Origin: Lytechinus pictus
Lineage: Eukaryota
Reading direction: 5' to 3'
DNA: 64,000 nucleotides
Assembly: GCF_037042905.1 (NCBI RefSeq)
Contig: NC_087250.1
Location: 6,202,001-6,266,000 of the forward strand
Positions 37,350-52,000 of the stretch are shown piece by piece. Within the stretch, counting starts at the first letter, position 1; the number at the start of each line of letters is the position of its first letter. The translations under genes were made by a program, and so were the position numbers. The notes below the pieces were generated by a model. It had not been told where the DNA came from. It saw only the letters and a program-made list of their open reading frames with translations, and searched no databases.

Positions 37350-38920
37350 ACATATACAGTGAGAAGATTTCGGAATCTCTGACTGTTCGAAAATGTCGCA
37401 CAATCTTGGAGGATACATACTCGACAGAGCTATGCAAAATTCAAATGAAACCGTGGGACAAAGATGATTATGCAGAGTTTGAAGAAATGCACACCGTTGT
37501 TACTATGGTAAAGAAAGACTCTCATGGAGAAGATATTAAGGAAAAGGAAATACTTAAAGGCTCAGCTGGGAAAATATTTTCAGCAAAAGTAAACGGAAGG
37601 TTTCCACCTCGAATCCTTATTTCGGCTCCAGCAGGACGAGGAAAGACGACAGCTGTGGCTAAGATGGCACACGACTGGATTCACAAAGAACATGGGTCAG
37701 GATTAGAGGACTTGCCACTTCTGTTTGTTGTAAAGTTTCGAAATACAAGTAAAACAACATCGATTGGAGAAGCCATCATATCGCAACTCCTGAGTGATGT
37801 TGATGATCTGACACCAGAGGGGCTAGAAAGTTTTATCAGACAGCATCAGGGAATCTGTCACATTGTACTTGACGGGCTAGATGAGTATGCTGGGATTTCT
37901 TCCACAAGCAACATCTTAAGCATTCTCCAATGGAAAATGTTTCGACAATGTCGAGTTCTTGTTACAACTCGACCTCACCTGGACGACTTTTTCAGTCAAG
38001 GGGATCTACCAAGGGTATACACGAAGATGGTGATCGAAGGCTTCTCACCAGAGAGCTCCCGTAATTACATCGACAAGTTCTTTACTTCCATTAACAAGTC
38101 TATGAGTGCAGATGGTCTGAAGGTTTATCTTGATGAGCAACCATTAATTGAGGAACTGGTAAAAACGCCACTGTTTTGCCTCATGGTTTGTCACCTATGG
38201 TCTGAAGATCCACTTCAAAGTGATATTACAAATCAAACAGCATTACTCGACAAAGTGAACGTGTTTTTAATGCACCATGCGAATGCTCGTTCACCCGGCT
38301 TGATAGAATCAACCCAAAATCTGACCAAAATAATCCTCAAACTTGGTGAAGTTGCTCTAACTGGTTTGCTCAATGATTCTAAGAAGTTAGTATTTAAGTC
38401 TCGTGATTTTCTGAGAATTCCTTCTATCCTGCATATGGCATGTGCCCTTGGAATAGTGTCTAAGACAGTTGTTTCAACCGGACGTCTTCCTCAAACAAGC
38501 GAAACATCTATAACTACTATTGAGTTTTATCACAAACTTGCTCAAGAACATGCAGCTGGGAAGTTCCTTGCCGATGAAACAAATCGCTTTATGTTTGCTT
38601 TCAAGATTAGTAAGATAGACCGAGTACTGCGAAAGATTAACAGAAACATTAGTGAATATGAAAATCTTATTCGCTTTGCTGCTGGTACGAAGAACAACCT
38701 CTGCGTAAGAATAATGGAAACGCTCCTTACAAATAGCTATTTATCTGAGAGTGAGCGATATCGTATTCTCCTCGATTGTTCGTCAGAGTCTGGGGTTAAC
38801 GTTGGGGGTGTGTCATCGTTGATTCGGAGGTGTGTGACGGCACAGAGTATGATCTTAAAGTCACCAACAGTATATACTGCAGTTGGGATGCGAAATCTTC
38901 CTAGTGAGCTGAAACAGAAG
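37350..38920 (+). CDS. NLR exon: NACHT NTPase plus helical/winged-helix domains
   Basis: Acceptor tttcag|ac at 37349/37350, donor aag|gtattc at 38921. Walker A APAGRGKTT, Walker B IVLDGLDEY, sensor-1 VLVTTRP, TPLFCLMVC, and winged-helix EFYHKLAQEHAAG. Confidence 0.95.
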
Positions 38921-39240
38921 GTATTCTAGCCAGATAATGATTTCTAGAGCAATTTACGTGATTTATAATTTTACATATTTTGTTGTCATAAATAACCAAA
39001 AAACATATTGATCGTAAAAAACCAATACAAAATCAACAGTCACTTAAAATATATTCATCTATTCATCACATGGTCAACTTTTATTTAGGCTCATGCAATT
39101 ACGTCTAATAACCAGATAGTACAATAGCCATTTAGTATATATGTCATTTGGTCTAAATGGACTAAGTATTAAATCGTGGAAAATTAATGAAAATGAAATT
39201 GATATCAGACCATCTGGTTATGAGACGAAATGGTGATTAC

Positions 39241-40344
39241 CAGTCAGTCGGCAAGCCCCTGTGTTAATTAGCAAATGAGCAAGATTTATCCAAGTCCTCT
39301 CGTGGCTGAATTCATGTCCCTGCAAAATCTCGTGAATTTTGAGACTTTCTATCTCGAAGAATTTTACCTCTTTCTTCTTGAGTAATATTGATTATTTTTG
39401 TACCATGGGAAAGACTAAATGTTACTCTTTTATATTAGTCATTTCTTTGGAATAAAATATTTTGATAAATAAGTGATTTTTTTTTCCTGAAGATATGCAT
39501 CAAACAGAATTTTCTTCCTTCGTTTTCACGTGCAAATTGTGCGACATTTTGTGTTTTAGGCACAAACATTATATATATCATCAGAAAGCTCAAACTCTAT
39601 ACTCTCTTACAATGTCATTCTTAATATGTGGCATCTTTTAGATGGGTCAGCAGCCAGCTTTTTCCATCAAGATGCAAAACGAGATTTCTGAAATTTCTGA
39701 GTAACATAAAATCCAGAGTTCTGATTAACTGAACAATATTTTCAAAACAACAGGCGCGGGTAATTTGAAGAGATTACCACATGGTGAGTGTGACCTTGCA
39801 GAGGCCCAGTGTGGGGAACATTGGAATTTGCATGGGTGTGTGGTCTCTTTGACCATGGACCTACGCTATGACCAATCAGAGCGCAGTATCCTTGTTTTTG
39901 AGCTGCTAAATGTACTTGGCCTATGAAAAGCTGGCTGCTGACCCATCTAAAATACTCCTTCATATAAAAAAATTATATCATATTAAAGCTTAGATCTTCA
40001 GCTTTATCATGATTTAAAAATCATTTGTGCTTAAACAGAAATCAAGTGTGAAAACAACAACTTATGTTGCATGAAAAAAAGTTATTTCATTTCATGTTTT
40101 AGATCAAAAGTTTTTCCTATATAACAACATCCTTTTAAAAATCCAAACACATGACATAAAATAATAATTCGTCTTCTTTACAAACATACCAAAAACTTGA
40201 AATGTAGACAATATTTAGAGCAGCAATGGTCAGATAAAAAGAGGTGTTTGGGTTCACACCAAGCTCATTAACAATGCAAAAACCCTCTAGTCATGAATAT
40301 CACTTGGATAAAAGAAGCTACTTTTTGGGCTTGCCGACTGACCG
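39241..40344. mobile_element. Non-autonomous DNA transposon with 4-bp TSD
   Basis: TIR cagtcagtcggcaagccc / gggcttgccgactgaccg. TSD TTAC at 39237-39240 and 40345-40348. It interrupts an older repeat with periodic agaccaaatgg motifs. Confidence 0.85.
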
Positions 40345-41034
40345 TTACACGAAAAGATGATTGGACCAAATGGTTGTTAGACAAAATGTTTATCTACGAA
40401 ATGGCAGTAGACTTAATGAAAGTAGACCTTGTGGTGAGTGAATGAGCTGGCATTTGACGAATTGGCAATTTACCTTCTTTGCAGTGATGTAAATCTGCCT
40501 CCCTATGGAAAACGCAGCACCAACTTTTTGGGGAAGTTGAGATATCAAGCATTATATGTTTTCTTCAAATCCGTTCAAAACTACTTATTTCTAAGTATCC
40601 TTTTATAATCAAATTTAAGATTATATATTTATGTGCCTATTTTAACCCCTGTTACACCCACAAATGTAATAATCGCCCACAAATGTAATAATGCACTTTA
40701 CCCACAAATGTAATAATTTTTGATCGCCCACAAATGCGATAATGTCTTTACCCACAAATGTAATATATTTGAAGGGATTTTGGGCAAATTCGTTCTAAAC
40801 TAAAATACTATAGTAATACGTTCGTATAGCACAAAAGTCCAAAGTCTTTTTTCCAGACCCGGTTGTTTCAGAAATTATAATATAATTCCAAAGTCTTTTT
40901 TCCAGATCCAGTTATTTCAAAAATTATAATATAAGTCCAAACTAAGATACGATAATGATATTCCAGTGGAATGAAAATGAGAATCGAGCTTAGTCTTTTC
41001 TCCAATCCCTGTTGATTAAAACTGGTGGAGTTAA

Positions 41035-41630
41035 AGGGGAATCCAACCCAAATAAAAACTTTTTTTATAAGGTAAAGACAAATCAGACAAGTTGATAGGT
41101 GAACGTTTGAACAATATTGGACAAACAACAAGAAAGTTATGATTTTTGTAAAGTTGTAAACATTGGTAATCACTATACCCATGGAGATTTCCAAATTGGC
41201 CGCATATGGGATGTCACAGTGATGTAAGGCAAGGACTACTCTTCCATGTCCTCCAACACATATTATGGCTAAAATGTCATTTTTCCCCAAAGTTTTATTT
41301 TAAATTATATTTTTCTTTCATGAGGACATAAAACAATATACTATCTGGGTTATATTTAGATTACTGCCCCAAGGGGAATGGGTACTTAGGAGAAAACCAC
41401 AAATTCCTGATAATAAAGTACATGGCCTATGGGAGAGTTGTCCTTGCCTCTTGTCATAATTTACTTACTCAGTTGCCAATTTGAAATCGACATAGTATTA
41501 GTGATCTCAATTTTAAAGCAGCTATAACTTTCTTATTGCTTGTCCTATTTCTTTCAAACTTTCACCATTCTGTTTCATTTGTTTTTCTCCTTCTCAACAC
41601 AACATGTTATGGCCAAGGCTGGATTCCCCT
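41035..41630. mobile_element. Kolobok-like MITE (TTAA TSD), complete
   Basis: TTAA at 41031-41034 and 41631-41634. TIR aggggaatcca / tggattcccct. The empty site is visible in the paralogous repeat at ~41911-41960. Confidence 0.9.
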
Positions 41631-42209
41631 TTAATGTCTTTGTTGTTGTTTTAACTCATACGGCGCGTATTGTGAATATATGCGCTAAGAGTAAATTGAG
41701 AATCAAGTATAGTTTTTTCTCCAGACCCGGTAACTAAAAACTAAAACCCTATAGTATTGCGCTCATATAGCACAAAAGTGCAGTCTTTTTTCCAGACCCG
41801 CATAATTCAAAAATTATAATATAAGTCCAAACTAAGATACGATAATGATATTCCAGTGGAATAAAAATAAGAATCGAGCTTAGTCTATTATCCAGACCCA
41901 GTTAATTAAAACTGATGGAATAAATGCCTTGGATGTTGTTTTAACTTATTCGGCGCGTATTTTGAATATATGCGCTAAGAGAAAATTGATAATCAAGCGT
42001 AGTCTTTTCTCAAGACCTGGTATCTTAAAATTAAAAACTAAAACCCTTTACCCACAAATGTAATAATTTCACCCACAAATGTAAACAATGCACTTTACCC
42101 CCAAATGTAATAATTTTTGATCGCCCACAAATGTAATAATGACTTTATCCACAAATGTTTTACATTTGAAGGGATCTTTGGCGAATCTGTTCTAAACTAG
42201 AACCCTATA

Positions 42210-43274
42210 CAATGCGATTCAGAAAAAAGGTAATCCAAATCTAGAGGGTTGGTATTCGAATTATATTTAATTTGTGAAATTATTCTGCATGGATGTGAAA
42301 GAAAAACTGATCAGCTTTCCATTGCTACCCTATTTGTACCATTTGTGCCATCCATGACCGAATTAAGAACGTTGAAGACAACGGCTGCATGTACCACTTT
42401 TTCCAAGTTATCGAAAACTTGATGAAATGGAAGATGACAATGTGAATACTTTTTTATCGACGCCTGAGCTTGCAAAACGAATTGATTGGACCCTTTTCTT
42501 CGAATGGAGTGTAAGTGGGCGAATGGACTTGCAAATGATTAACGAGGAGATCGTACCAAAGTCGTCGGACCAACATTTTGAGAGGCAGGTTCGAAGAGTG
42601 TACCTGTATCTTTGGTAGATTCATGACAAACACTCATGTCCTTCGATCCAACGTCGTTCGAGATAGATTCAAAGAACACTTTGGACATCAAGTTGTTGCC
42701 CTCAATCATGACCTATAATGGCCACCAAGATCCTCTGACCTTGCGCCATGTGATAATTTCCTTTAGGGACACTTAAAATGAGGTATTTGTATTTCCTCCT
42801 CAAGATCTTGATGATTTGCAGGGCCGAATTCGACATGAGGTGGATGCTTTTTGTGCAATGATCCAGCAATGGTAAGACGAGCTGTCCAAGATATCCTTCA
42901 TTCCTCCGCGCTACCGGTTTTGTGTGCAAAGGCCGGAATAGAGGACAAGTTGAAGGTGTGGGTGGATAAGACCTTAACCTTTCAATAATCATTTCAGAGG
43001 AACGCCTTGACTCTTCTTTCCTAAAAGAACTTCTTTACATTCTATCAATCACATATTTTACCCACAAAAAAATCTTGGAAAATGTGGTACCTGCACCTGT
43101 TGTCTTCAACACATCAATTAATTCGGTCAGGCGTGGCAAAATGGTACAAATAGGGTATCAATGGAAACCTGATGAGTTTTTCTTTCATATCCATGCAGAA
43201 TCATTTCACAAAATTAAATATGATCCGAATATCGGCCCTTTAGATTTGGATTACCTTTTTTCTGAAACACACTG
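42210..43274 (+). mobile_element. Internally deleted Tc1/mariner-superfamily transposon with transposase remnant
   Basis: TA TSD at 42208-42209 and 43275-43276. ~140-bp TIRs. WPPRSSDLAPCDNFL*GHLK at 42719 corresponds to the WPPRSPDLTPCDFFLWGYLK motif. Confidence 0.9.
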
Positions 43275-43299
43275 TAGTAATGCGTTAATATAGCGCAAA

Positions 43300-44945
43300 G
43301 TCACAGTATTTTGTCTCCAGACCCGGTTATATAAAACATTTAAACAATCTTCTGAATAAAGATCCCAAAATTAATTCTTCTTGATGTTGAATAACATAGA
43401 AGTTTAGTGTATTCTTTCCTCCAGACCCAAATATTTCAAACAGCAAATTATAAATAATAATTAAGAAAAACAAAGACCCCACGATCTTATTAATGTTGAA
43501 CAAAATGTGAATATAGCATAGTTTTTCCTCCAGACCCAGTTATAAAAAAATCATTCAAAAACAAAACAACAACAACAACAAAAACCAAAAACAGACCCTG
43601 CAATATTTTCAACATTGAATAGCAGGGGGGATCATGAATATTATATTATTAACGTTTGTTAGCATCGAAATATGGTGTAGTCTTTGTTCCAGCCCAGGTT
43701 ATTTCAAAATAGCGAATCATAAAGAACAATATTAACAAAGAAACCACAATCTCATTGATGTTTAATGACTGAAAATATAGCGTAGTCTTTCTTCATGAGC
43801 CAGTTATTTTAAAATAACTAAAAATCATAAAGATGATATATAATAATAACAAAACAAAGGTCCCACAATCTTATTGACGTAGGATAACATGGAAATATAG
43901 CGTAGTCTTCCCTCCAGACCCACTTATTAGAAAATTACAAATCATTCTTTAAAGAGTCAACAAGTAACAAAGACCCCACTATCTTATTCAATGTTAAATA
44001 ACATGGAAATATAGCGTAGTCTTTTATCCAGACCCAGATCTTTCAAATAACAAAATTAATGACAATAAATAATAATAAATAACTTATAATAAGAAAAGAC
44101 TTACAATCTTATTTATGTTGAATAACATTAAAATATAGCGTAGTCTTTCCTCCAAACCCAGTTATTAAAAATCATTAAAAACAAACCAACAACAACAAAA
44201 CAAAGACCTTGCAATCTTATCAGCAGATAATATAATGGAAATATATGGTGTAGTCTTTGCTCCAGACCAAGTTATTTCAAAATAGCAAATTGTAAAAAAT
44301 AATAAAAACAAAGAATAATAACAAAGACCCTACAATATCACTGATGTTGAATAACTTGAAAATATACCGTAGTCTTTCCTCAAGACCCAGTTCTTAAAAC
44401 AAATCATAAAAAAGATAAATAATGATAAAACAAAGAGTCCATAATTCTATTGATGTTGAATAACATGGAAATATACGTAGTCTTTACTCCAGACCCTGAT
44501 ATTTCGAATAAAAGATCATAAAATAAAAAGATCATAAAATACAAAACAAAAATATTAAAAAACAAAGACCCACAATCTTATTGATGATGAATAACATGGA
44601 AATATAGTGTAGTCTTCCCTCCAGATCCAGATCTTTCAAATAACAAATAATTAATATTAATAATAAATTAATAATAATAGAAAAAACAAAGACCCACGAT
44701 CCTATTCATGTTGAATAAAATGGAAATATGGCTAAGTCATTCGTCCAGACCCAGTTATAAAATTCATTAAAAACATAACAACAACAACAAAACAAAGACC
44801 ATGCAATCTTATCAACATTGAATAGCATGGAAATATGGCGTAGTCTTTGTTCCAGACCCAATTATCTAAAAATAGGAAATTATAAGAAACAATAAAAAGA
44901 AACAATATTAACAAAGACCCAACAATATCATTGATGTATAATAAC
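43300..44945 (+). repeat. ~120-130-bp tandem repeat array
   Basis: About 13 units with ...gttgaataacatggaaatatagcgtagtctttyctccagacccagttat... Inverted copies at ~45100-45490. Confidence 0.85.
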
Positions 44946-46519
44946 GTTGTTGTTGTTGTTATCTTGGGTTTTAAGGCGCGTATCATTCAGATATGAATAT
45001 CCACACCTATGATTAATTTTTCGTTTTCGTGGTATGTGTTTTCACAGGGTTTTTATAGTTTGGAAGATGTTGGGGTCTAAGTTTTAAGATTAATGTTTCG
45101 CTTAATTTGTATTTTTAAGAAAACTGGGTGTGGGGTAAAGACAACGCTCTAAACCTAAGCATTTTAATTGCGTTTAATGTTGAAGATTGGTCTTAGCTTT
45201 GATTTGTTTTCTTCAATATTTGTTTATCTTTTAGATAGCCGGGTCTAGACGAAAGACTAAGCATAATACTCGTGTTATTTCACAGGAATAAGAATATGAC
45301 AAAGTCTTATGTTTTTAAGAATGTTTAAATTATTTTTTAAATGACTGGGTCTGGAATAAAGACAACGCTCTAAACATGTGCTTTTCTACATGGTCTTAAT
45401 TTGGAGGATTGTTGGTTCTTAGATTCGTTGTTGGGGGTTTGGTTTTAATGCTTTATTTAATCTTGAAATAACTGTGTCTGGAGGAAAGTCTACTATCGAT
45501 CTTCAATAATGACTTATTGCCAAATAAAAACAAGGAATGGAATGGTTATTTTTTCATGTTCTTTTTTTTTTACTCTCTCGATTGGTTTGCATTGATATAA
45601 ATCGGTGTGCAGTCGATTGGTTTTTACATACATATACGATCAGTAGCTGAAGCCTGTGTTTTTCCATTAATTTTTCCCATTTTCGCTCTTTGCTATTTTT
45701 CCAGGTTCTTTAAATTTGTGATTTATTAGGGAGGATTCCCATTTTTATAGTCCAAAAAATGGAAAAAAGGAAAAAAAAGGGGAAAAAAGGAGAAAAAGAG
45801 GACAGGAAAAAAAGGAGAAGAGAGAGAGGAGACATATTTTTTTTCTTTTCTTTCCCTTTCTTACCCTTTGCTAATTATCCGAGTTCTTTATTTTGGTGAT
45901 TTGTCAGGGGGGACAGAAATGAGATAAGGATGAAGAGAAAAGTTTCGTTGTTTATTTGTTCGTTTCTTTGGTTTTGTTTTCAATTTTTTTTACTTTCATC
46001 CCATACTTTAGTTTTCGGTGTCCCGAGACCTGAAGTTTTATCAGGCCACAAATCCAGTTTACTTTCTTTTTTTCTGTTGCAGCTTACTGTAGCAGAAGAA
46101 AATCAAACTTACTACAAGAAACAGAACGCATACAAAAGAAGAAAAAAAGAAATATAAAGAGAAATTAAAAAGAAATTAAAAAGAAATAGTAAGAAAAAAA
46201 AAGGGAAAAAATGAACAAAGGGGGAAAAAAGAGGGAAAAGAAAAAAAAAACAGAAGAAAATATTAAAAAAATAACAAGAAAAGAAACGGAAAAAAAAGAA
46301 AAAAAGAAAAACAAAGAAAAAGAAAATAAAATAAAAAAAGGAATGGAAATGAAAAAAAATAACAATAAGCTATTGAAAATGAACAAAAGCTGTGGCAAAA
46401 ATAGTCAATCTTGACTCGTTGCCAACCAAAGAAAGAAGAAGAAATAGAAGAAGTTATTCCACAGTAATTAGATTATTGGATATTGGTTTTAGAATATTTG
46501 TAAGAACTATTTATTTTTT

Positions 46520-48295
46520 TTACAATAACCAAGTCTGGAAAAGGATGGTTGCTTTACCCATGCAAACCACTTGGAGAGGAAACAGTAGGCTTTGTTCTAC
46601 CAGCTACATCTAAAGAAGTGACACATCGAAGCCTAACACTCAGAGGGGGGTTTTTGTTTAATATTACAAATTTATTTGAAAATTCACAATTTTGGACTCA
46701 ACGCAAAAAAGCGTTTGCGCTTTGTTGTAAACCCAATGGTATTGTTTAAACCACTTAGAAAAGAAAGAGTAGGTTTTTTTTACCAGCTACATCTAAATAA
46801 GCGCTGGCACATCGAACCCTAGCCCTCTCATGGGCTGTCTGAGTCACCCCCTATATCATGTATATTGCCGATTTATTGGATATTTCACCATTTTGGATCA
46901 CCCATTGAGGCAAAAGCGCGTTTCTACTATATGGTACAGCCAATTTTATATTCTTGCAATGACTTGGAGAAGAAAGTAGGCTTTGCTCAATTAACTGCAT
47001 ATAAAGAAGTGTTGGCAAATCGAAGCCCATCCCCTTAAGAATGTTCAAGGGGCTGTAGAATTTCCCCCACCAATTTTCGGTATTTGACTATCTATTGGAC
47101 AGTCACAATTTTGGATCACTTATCAAGGCAAAAGGGCGGTTCTTCAGTAGGCTTTGCTCTATCAGCTACATATAAAGAAGTGTTGGCAAATCAAAGCCTA
47201 TCTCCTTAAGGTTACCCCACTTATTTTCGGGATTTGGCTATTTGTTGTAAAGTCACCATTTTGGAGCTCCAACTGAAGCAAAAAGGCGTCTCTGCCACTT
47301 TTATTACCTTGAAACCACTTAAAGAGGAAAGAACAGGCTTTGCTATATCAGCTACATATATAAAGATGTGCTGGCAAATAATAGCCTACCCCCTTCTGTT
47401 GAAATCACCCCCTCCCCCTCCCTTTGCATTATTGCTTATCTATATATTTAATACACGCGCCCCCAACATGATAAACAACCTTTCTATGTGTTTTGATATT
47501 CGTGTAATTTTTTTTTTTTTTTATGTTGATTGTATTTTTATGTAAATGATTGTAAAAGGTTATGCAATTCGGCTTTTCAGCCTCTATAGATGCCTTGTTG
47601 AAATAAACCGTTTTTTATAAATAATTAGATACATCTATTGGAAATTCACAATTTTTGAGCACCCATTGAGGTAAAAATGCATTTCTGATATAAAGCAAAA
47701 AGGTGTCTCTGCCACTTTTATTGCCTTGAAACGACTTAGAGAGGAAAGGGTAAGTTCCCCTCTTTCAGTTGTATATAACGAATTGCTGCAATATCGAAGC
47801 CTGACCCACTTCAGGGGACTATAAATAATACCTCACATTTTTTACGATTTTTGCCAATTCATTGGAAAACTCGCCATTTTGGAGCCCCGATTGAGGCAAA
47901 AAGGGTGTATCTGGTATATAGTAGAGCCACTTCTTTATATGTAGCTGATAAAGGAAAGCCTACTCTTTCTTCCCCAAGTAGTTTCAAGGCGGTAATAGTG
48001 GCAGAACTATTAATCAGAACGGCCCTTCCGAAATGGTGAATTCTCCAATAAATAAGCAATAATGAAAAAGGGGTGGGGTGGGGTAAATTCGACAGCCTCC
48101 TGGAGAGAGTAGGCTTTTATTTGCCAGCACTTCTTTATATGTAGCTGATAGAGCAAAGCCTACTCTTTCCTATCCAAGTGATTGCAAGACAATAAAATTG
48201 GCCGTAAACGCACTTTTGCCTCAATGGGTGATTCAAAATGGTGTAATTTGCCAATGCATAGGCAATATACATAATATAGAGGGGAAGAGGTTGAC
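46520..48295. repeat. Diverged ~200-230-bp repeat family, direct then inverted
   Basis: Recurring gtaggctttgctctatcagctacatataaagaag and ccattgaggcaaaa. Orientation flips at ~47920. Confidence 0.7.
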
Positions 48296-49033
48296 TTAGA
48301 CTTTGGACTTATATTATAATTTTTGAAATAACCGGGTCTGGAAAAAAAATGGACTTTTATTATAACTTTTGAATTAACCGGGTCTGGAAAAAAAGACTTT
48401 GGACTTATATTATAATTTTTTAATTAACCGGGTCTGGAAAAAAAAGACTTTGCACTTTTGTGCAATATGAACGCATTACTATAGGATTTTTGCTGAAAAC
48501 GGATTCGCCCAAAATCCCTTCAAATTTATTACATTTGCGGGCAATCAAAAATTATTACATTTGTGGGTAAAGTGCATTATTACATTTGTGGGTGAAATAA
48601 TTACATTTGTGGGGAAAGTGTTATTACATTTGTGGGCGTTATTACATTTGTGGGTGCAACCCCCCTAAAACAAATATAATTTTTTTGTGAGTTCCAATCC
48701 CTACTCTGCCATTGTTTCCACTTTGATAAAAGGGCCCGAGAGTAATATCCGTCCTGTATAAGGTCAGCCACTGTGACTGATTAACCTAGACACAAAATAT
48801 GTCCCAGATAATTGGTTATTTACCAGCTATAGGAGTTACCATAAACATTACAAATATCTACAATTATGTCAAATTGTCAAAATACTACAAAAACAACATT
48901 TGTATGTTTCTGCCCGAAATGGGCACATGTATAATCTACGAATTGATGACAAAAGGAATACCTGATAAAGGAAATAGTTTCGAGCGACTTTGAAGGAATA
49001 AAATAAAATGTTTAATATCTCAACTTGTAGTAT

Positions 49034-52000
49034 CCCGATATTAGTAACCATCTGGAATAAAATTATTGGAAATGGTTTTTCAACTGATTTGAGTAGGTAT
49101 GGGTGTCAACATTTACAAAAAAAAAGTTAGGTAGAATACGGGGTGGGGAAAGTGTTTTTTTTTCAAGGTCAAATGGTCAATGACCTTTTCATATATCCTG
49201 TATAATGGTATCTCTGATATGAAAAGGCGCAGGTTGGCGATCATGGTGTCAAAATGCACAGATTCTTACAAGAAGATCAAATAAAATAAAATTAAGTACC
49301 TATAATGCACATTCACCCTTAAAATTCATGGTCAAAGCCATTCAAAGGTCAATGCCCTTTTATATATTATATACCATACTGTATAACAGTATCTCTGAGA
49401 TGAAAGGGCGCAGGTTGGTGATCTTGGTGTCAAAACGCACAGATTCTTGCAAGAAGATCAAATGAAATAAAATCAAGTACATAGAATTCACATTCACCCA
49501 TTAAATTTCAGGTCAAAGGTCAATGGCCTTTTATACATTATATACCATAATATATAATGATATATCTGAGATGAAAAGGTGCAGGTTGATGGTCTTGGTG
49601 TCAAAATACACAGATTCTTACAGGAAGATTAAATAAAATAAGAATTAAGCACCTTGAATGCTTATTTACCCATAAATTCAAGGTCAAAGCCTTTCAAAGT
49701 CAATGATCTTTTTTTTTTCATTATATATTATACGGTATAATGGTATCTCTGAGATGAAAAGGCACAGGTTGGTGATCTTGGTGTCAAAATGCATAGGTTC
49801 GTACAGGAAGATCAAATAAAATAAAAGTAATCACCTAGAATTCATATTAATCCACAATTCAAGGTCAAATGTCAATTACTTTTTTTTACATATGTATCAT
49901 ATAATATCTCTGAGATAAAACGCTGCATGTTGGTGATCTTGGTGTCAAAAAGCTATTTTTGCAAGAAGATAAAAAGGCACAAAAGAATCATAAAGGATAA
50001 TCATTCACCTTTGAAATCCAAATTCATAGGTCAAAAGTTAATATCTATATATATATATCCTTGCATGACCCCTGACCCCCCCCCCCCCCAAAAAAAAGAG
50101 AAAGTTATCCCATTTGTTCGTATTTTATTTGTGAATAATTTAAAGAAAGATGGGTATTTGTTATGAAAACCTTGCTGTAAAATAATTTCACTTGAATAAG
50201 GATAAAGACCAGGAAAATGTATTTAGGGGTTAGAGGTCACTTAACTATTTCAATAACGTCAGGGGAATTAAGTAATAGGTTGATAACTTGATTGTGGCAT
50301 GTAGGTATAGTGATTCTGATGGGATAAAGAAATTGAAAACGACTGGCCTGCATGGAAAACGAACACAAAATTAATAGTTGAATCCTTGATCAATTCTGCT
50401 GTCAAAATACAAGTTCGAGGTGAAATTGAGATCAAATAACACCTTTTAATATATATTGTAATGCATTGCCAAAAGTGAAAAAAAAATCATTTATATAATT
50501 TGAAAATGGTGAAGTTGTCTGAAGTAGCAGCATTTAGATGTACAATTTATGAATCTAAATCAAGGTACTCATTTATTTTTCTATGTAGCAATATGTCACT
50601 AACCTCAAATGCTACAATGATACTATAAACTACAACTTTATCTTTAAATGGATTGGCCTAACTCTCAGTCAGAGCAAGCATCATCCGAGAACATTTTCGA
50701 ATAGCCAGGGACAGTGATGAAGACTTAAAGTAAGGCATTCATTTGAGTTGCAGCTTTTGTCAAAGAAAAGGATGTTAAGTGTCCCAACTTCAGCAAAGAC
50801 TAATTAAACTCTGAAAGCCCTTCTGACATCTTCAGGTACTTTGATCTGGCCCATTCCATGAAAGCCTAACGTTCTGTCAAGGGTTAGCAAACAAGGATCT
50901 ATATTATTACTGATATGTTGCACAGCTTGATTCTCAAGAACTGGAAGTGGTGCTGTAGGAGTTTTGTTTGTTAGGTCGATAGATGTGTACTTGTAAGCTA
51001 CTATCTCCCTTTGAATTTCATTATTATATGCCTAATTTGTGCATTAATAACAATCAGTTGTTCTGAACCAAATATATGATCCCTTTACAAACTGATACCT
51101 AGCAGAAATAGCATCATGGATGATTTAAGGTTGAAGGAGATATGAAGTTTTTGTCCGGCAGCATTAGCATCTCAAGAGATTTCGGCAACTCGTAATGAGA
51201 GGTAATTAAAATAATAAGGGAATATGATCTTTGCTGAAGTTGAGATACGTAATGTCAGACATTTAATGCCATTTACTATGACAGAAGCTGCAGCTCTAAT
51301 GATGGCCGTTTTTTCATCATCATCCCTCTGCTGTTTTGAAATGCTCTCAGTTGATGCTAGCTGTGACATGATAATTGGACCTATCCTATCCATTTTCAGA
51401 AGATTAAACTAGTAGTTTATAGTATTTATTATAGCATTGAGGTAAGTGACCTATCACTGGAAAGAAAAAGACATGGCATAATTATTGATCAAGGATTCAA
51501 CTTTTAATTTTGTGCTCAAACAGTTTTAGTTGTTTTCCACCAGAATCACTATACCTCCATGCCACAATCAAGTTATCAACTTTGTTTAAACCTAATTTTC
51601 ATTGATGATTTAGAAAGAATTCATATGACCTAGGAGATTACCGTTAACATTTAAAAAGCCAAATAGTTTTGTTAATTCTAATTTTTTGGTATATAATTTC
51701 ATAGTTTTCTCACTTAGCTTTTTGCCCACTTTGTTTAACCAGAGTAACAGGGTATTGCCAAATTTGACTAGTCACTTTTAATTCACATTACACAAAGATT
51801 GGTCTATTTTACATCCACATAATTAATGGCTGGGCTGATAAAATCTTGTATCTCAAAATTTTAAAATTAATTTTGAGGGCAGCCTATAAAAGGCCGTGTT
51901 TTGAAAAATATAGTAATTGTGACAGTCTCATATTGTCTGAAAGCAGTCTCCTAATACCTGTGAAGAACTCGTTTGAGACAAAAGAAGGTTGCTACCCATG

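Larger units (their letters stand above)
40650..48661. mobile_element. 8-kb non-autonomous long-TIR (foldback-like; possibly Ginger-type) element with internal tandem arrays
   Basis: (t)gttacacccacaaatgtaataa... vs ...ttattacatttgtgggtgcaac. ~300-bp inverted arms with repeated cccacaaatgtaataa. CCCC(T) duplicated on both flanks. Confidence 0.8.

Noticed and set aside
37625..37648. Inactive Walker A (Ala instead of first Gly)
   Set aside because: [AG]xxxxGK[ST] permits Ala, and the catalytic Lys/Thr and Walker B acidic residues are intact.
40651..44945. CRISPR-like repeat-spacer arrays
   Set aside because: Eukaryotic context, the intervening sequences are homologous to each other rather than unique spacers, and there are no cas genes.
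45760..46450. Lys/Glu-rich ORFs
   Set aside because: Purine-rich low-complexity DNA inside a transposon; no splice or codon evidence.
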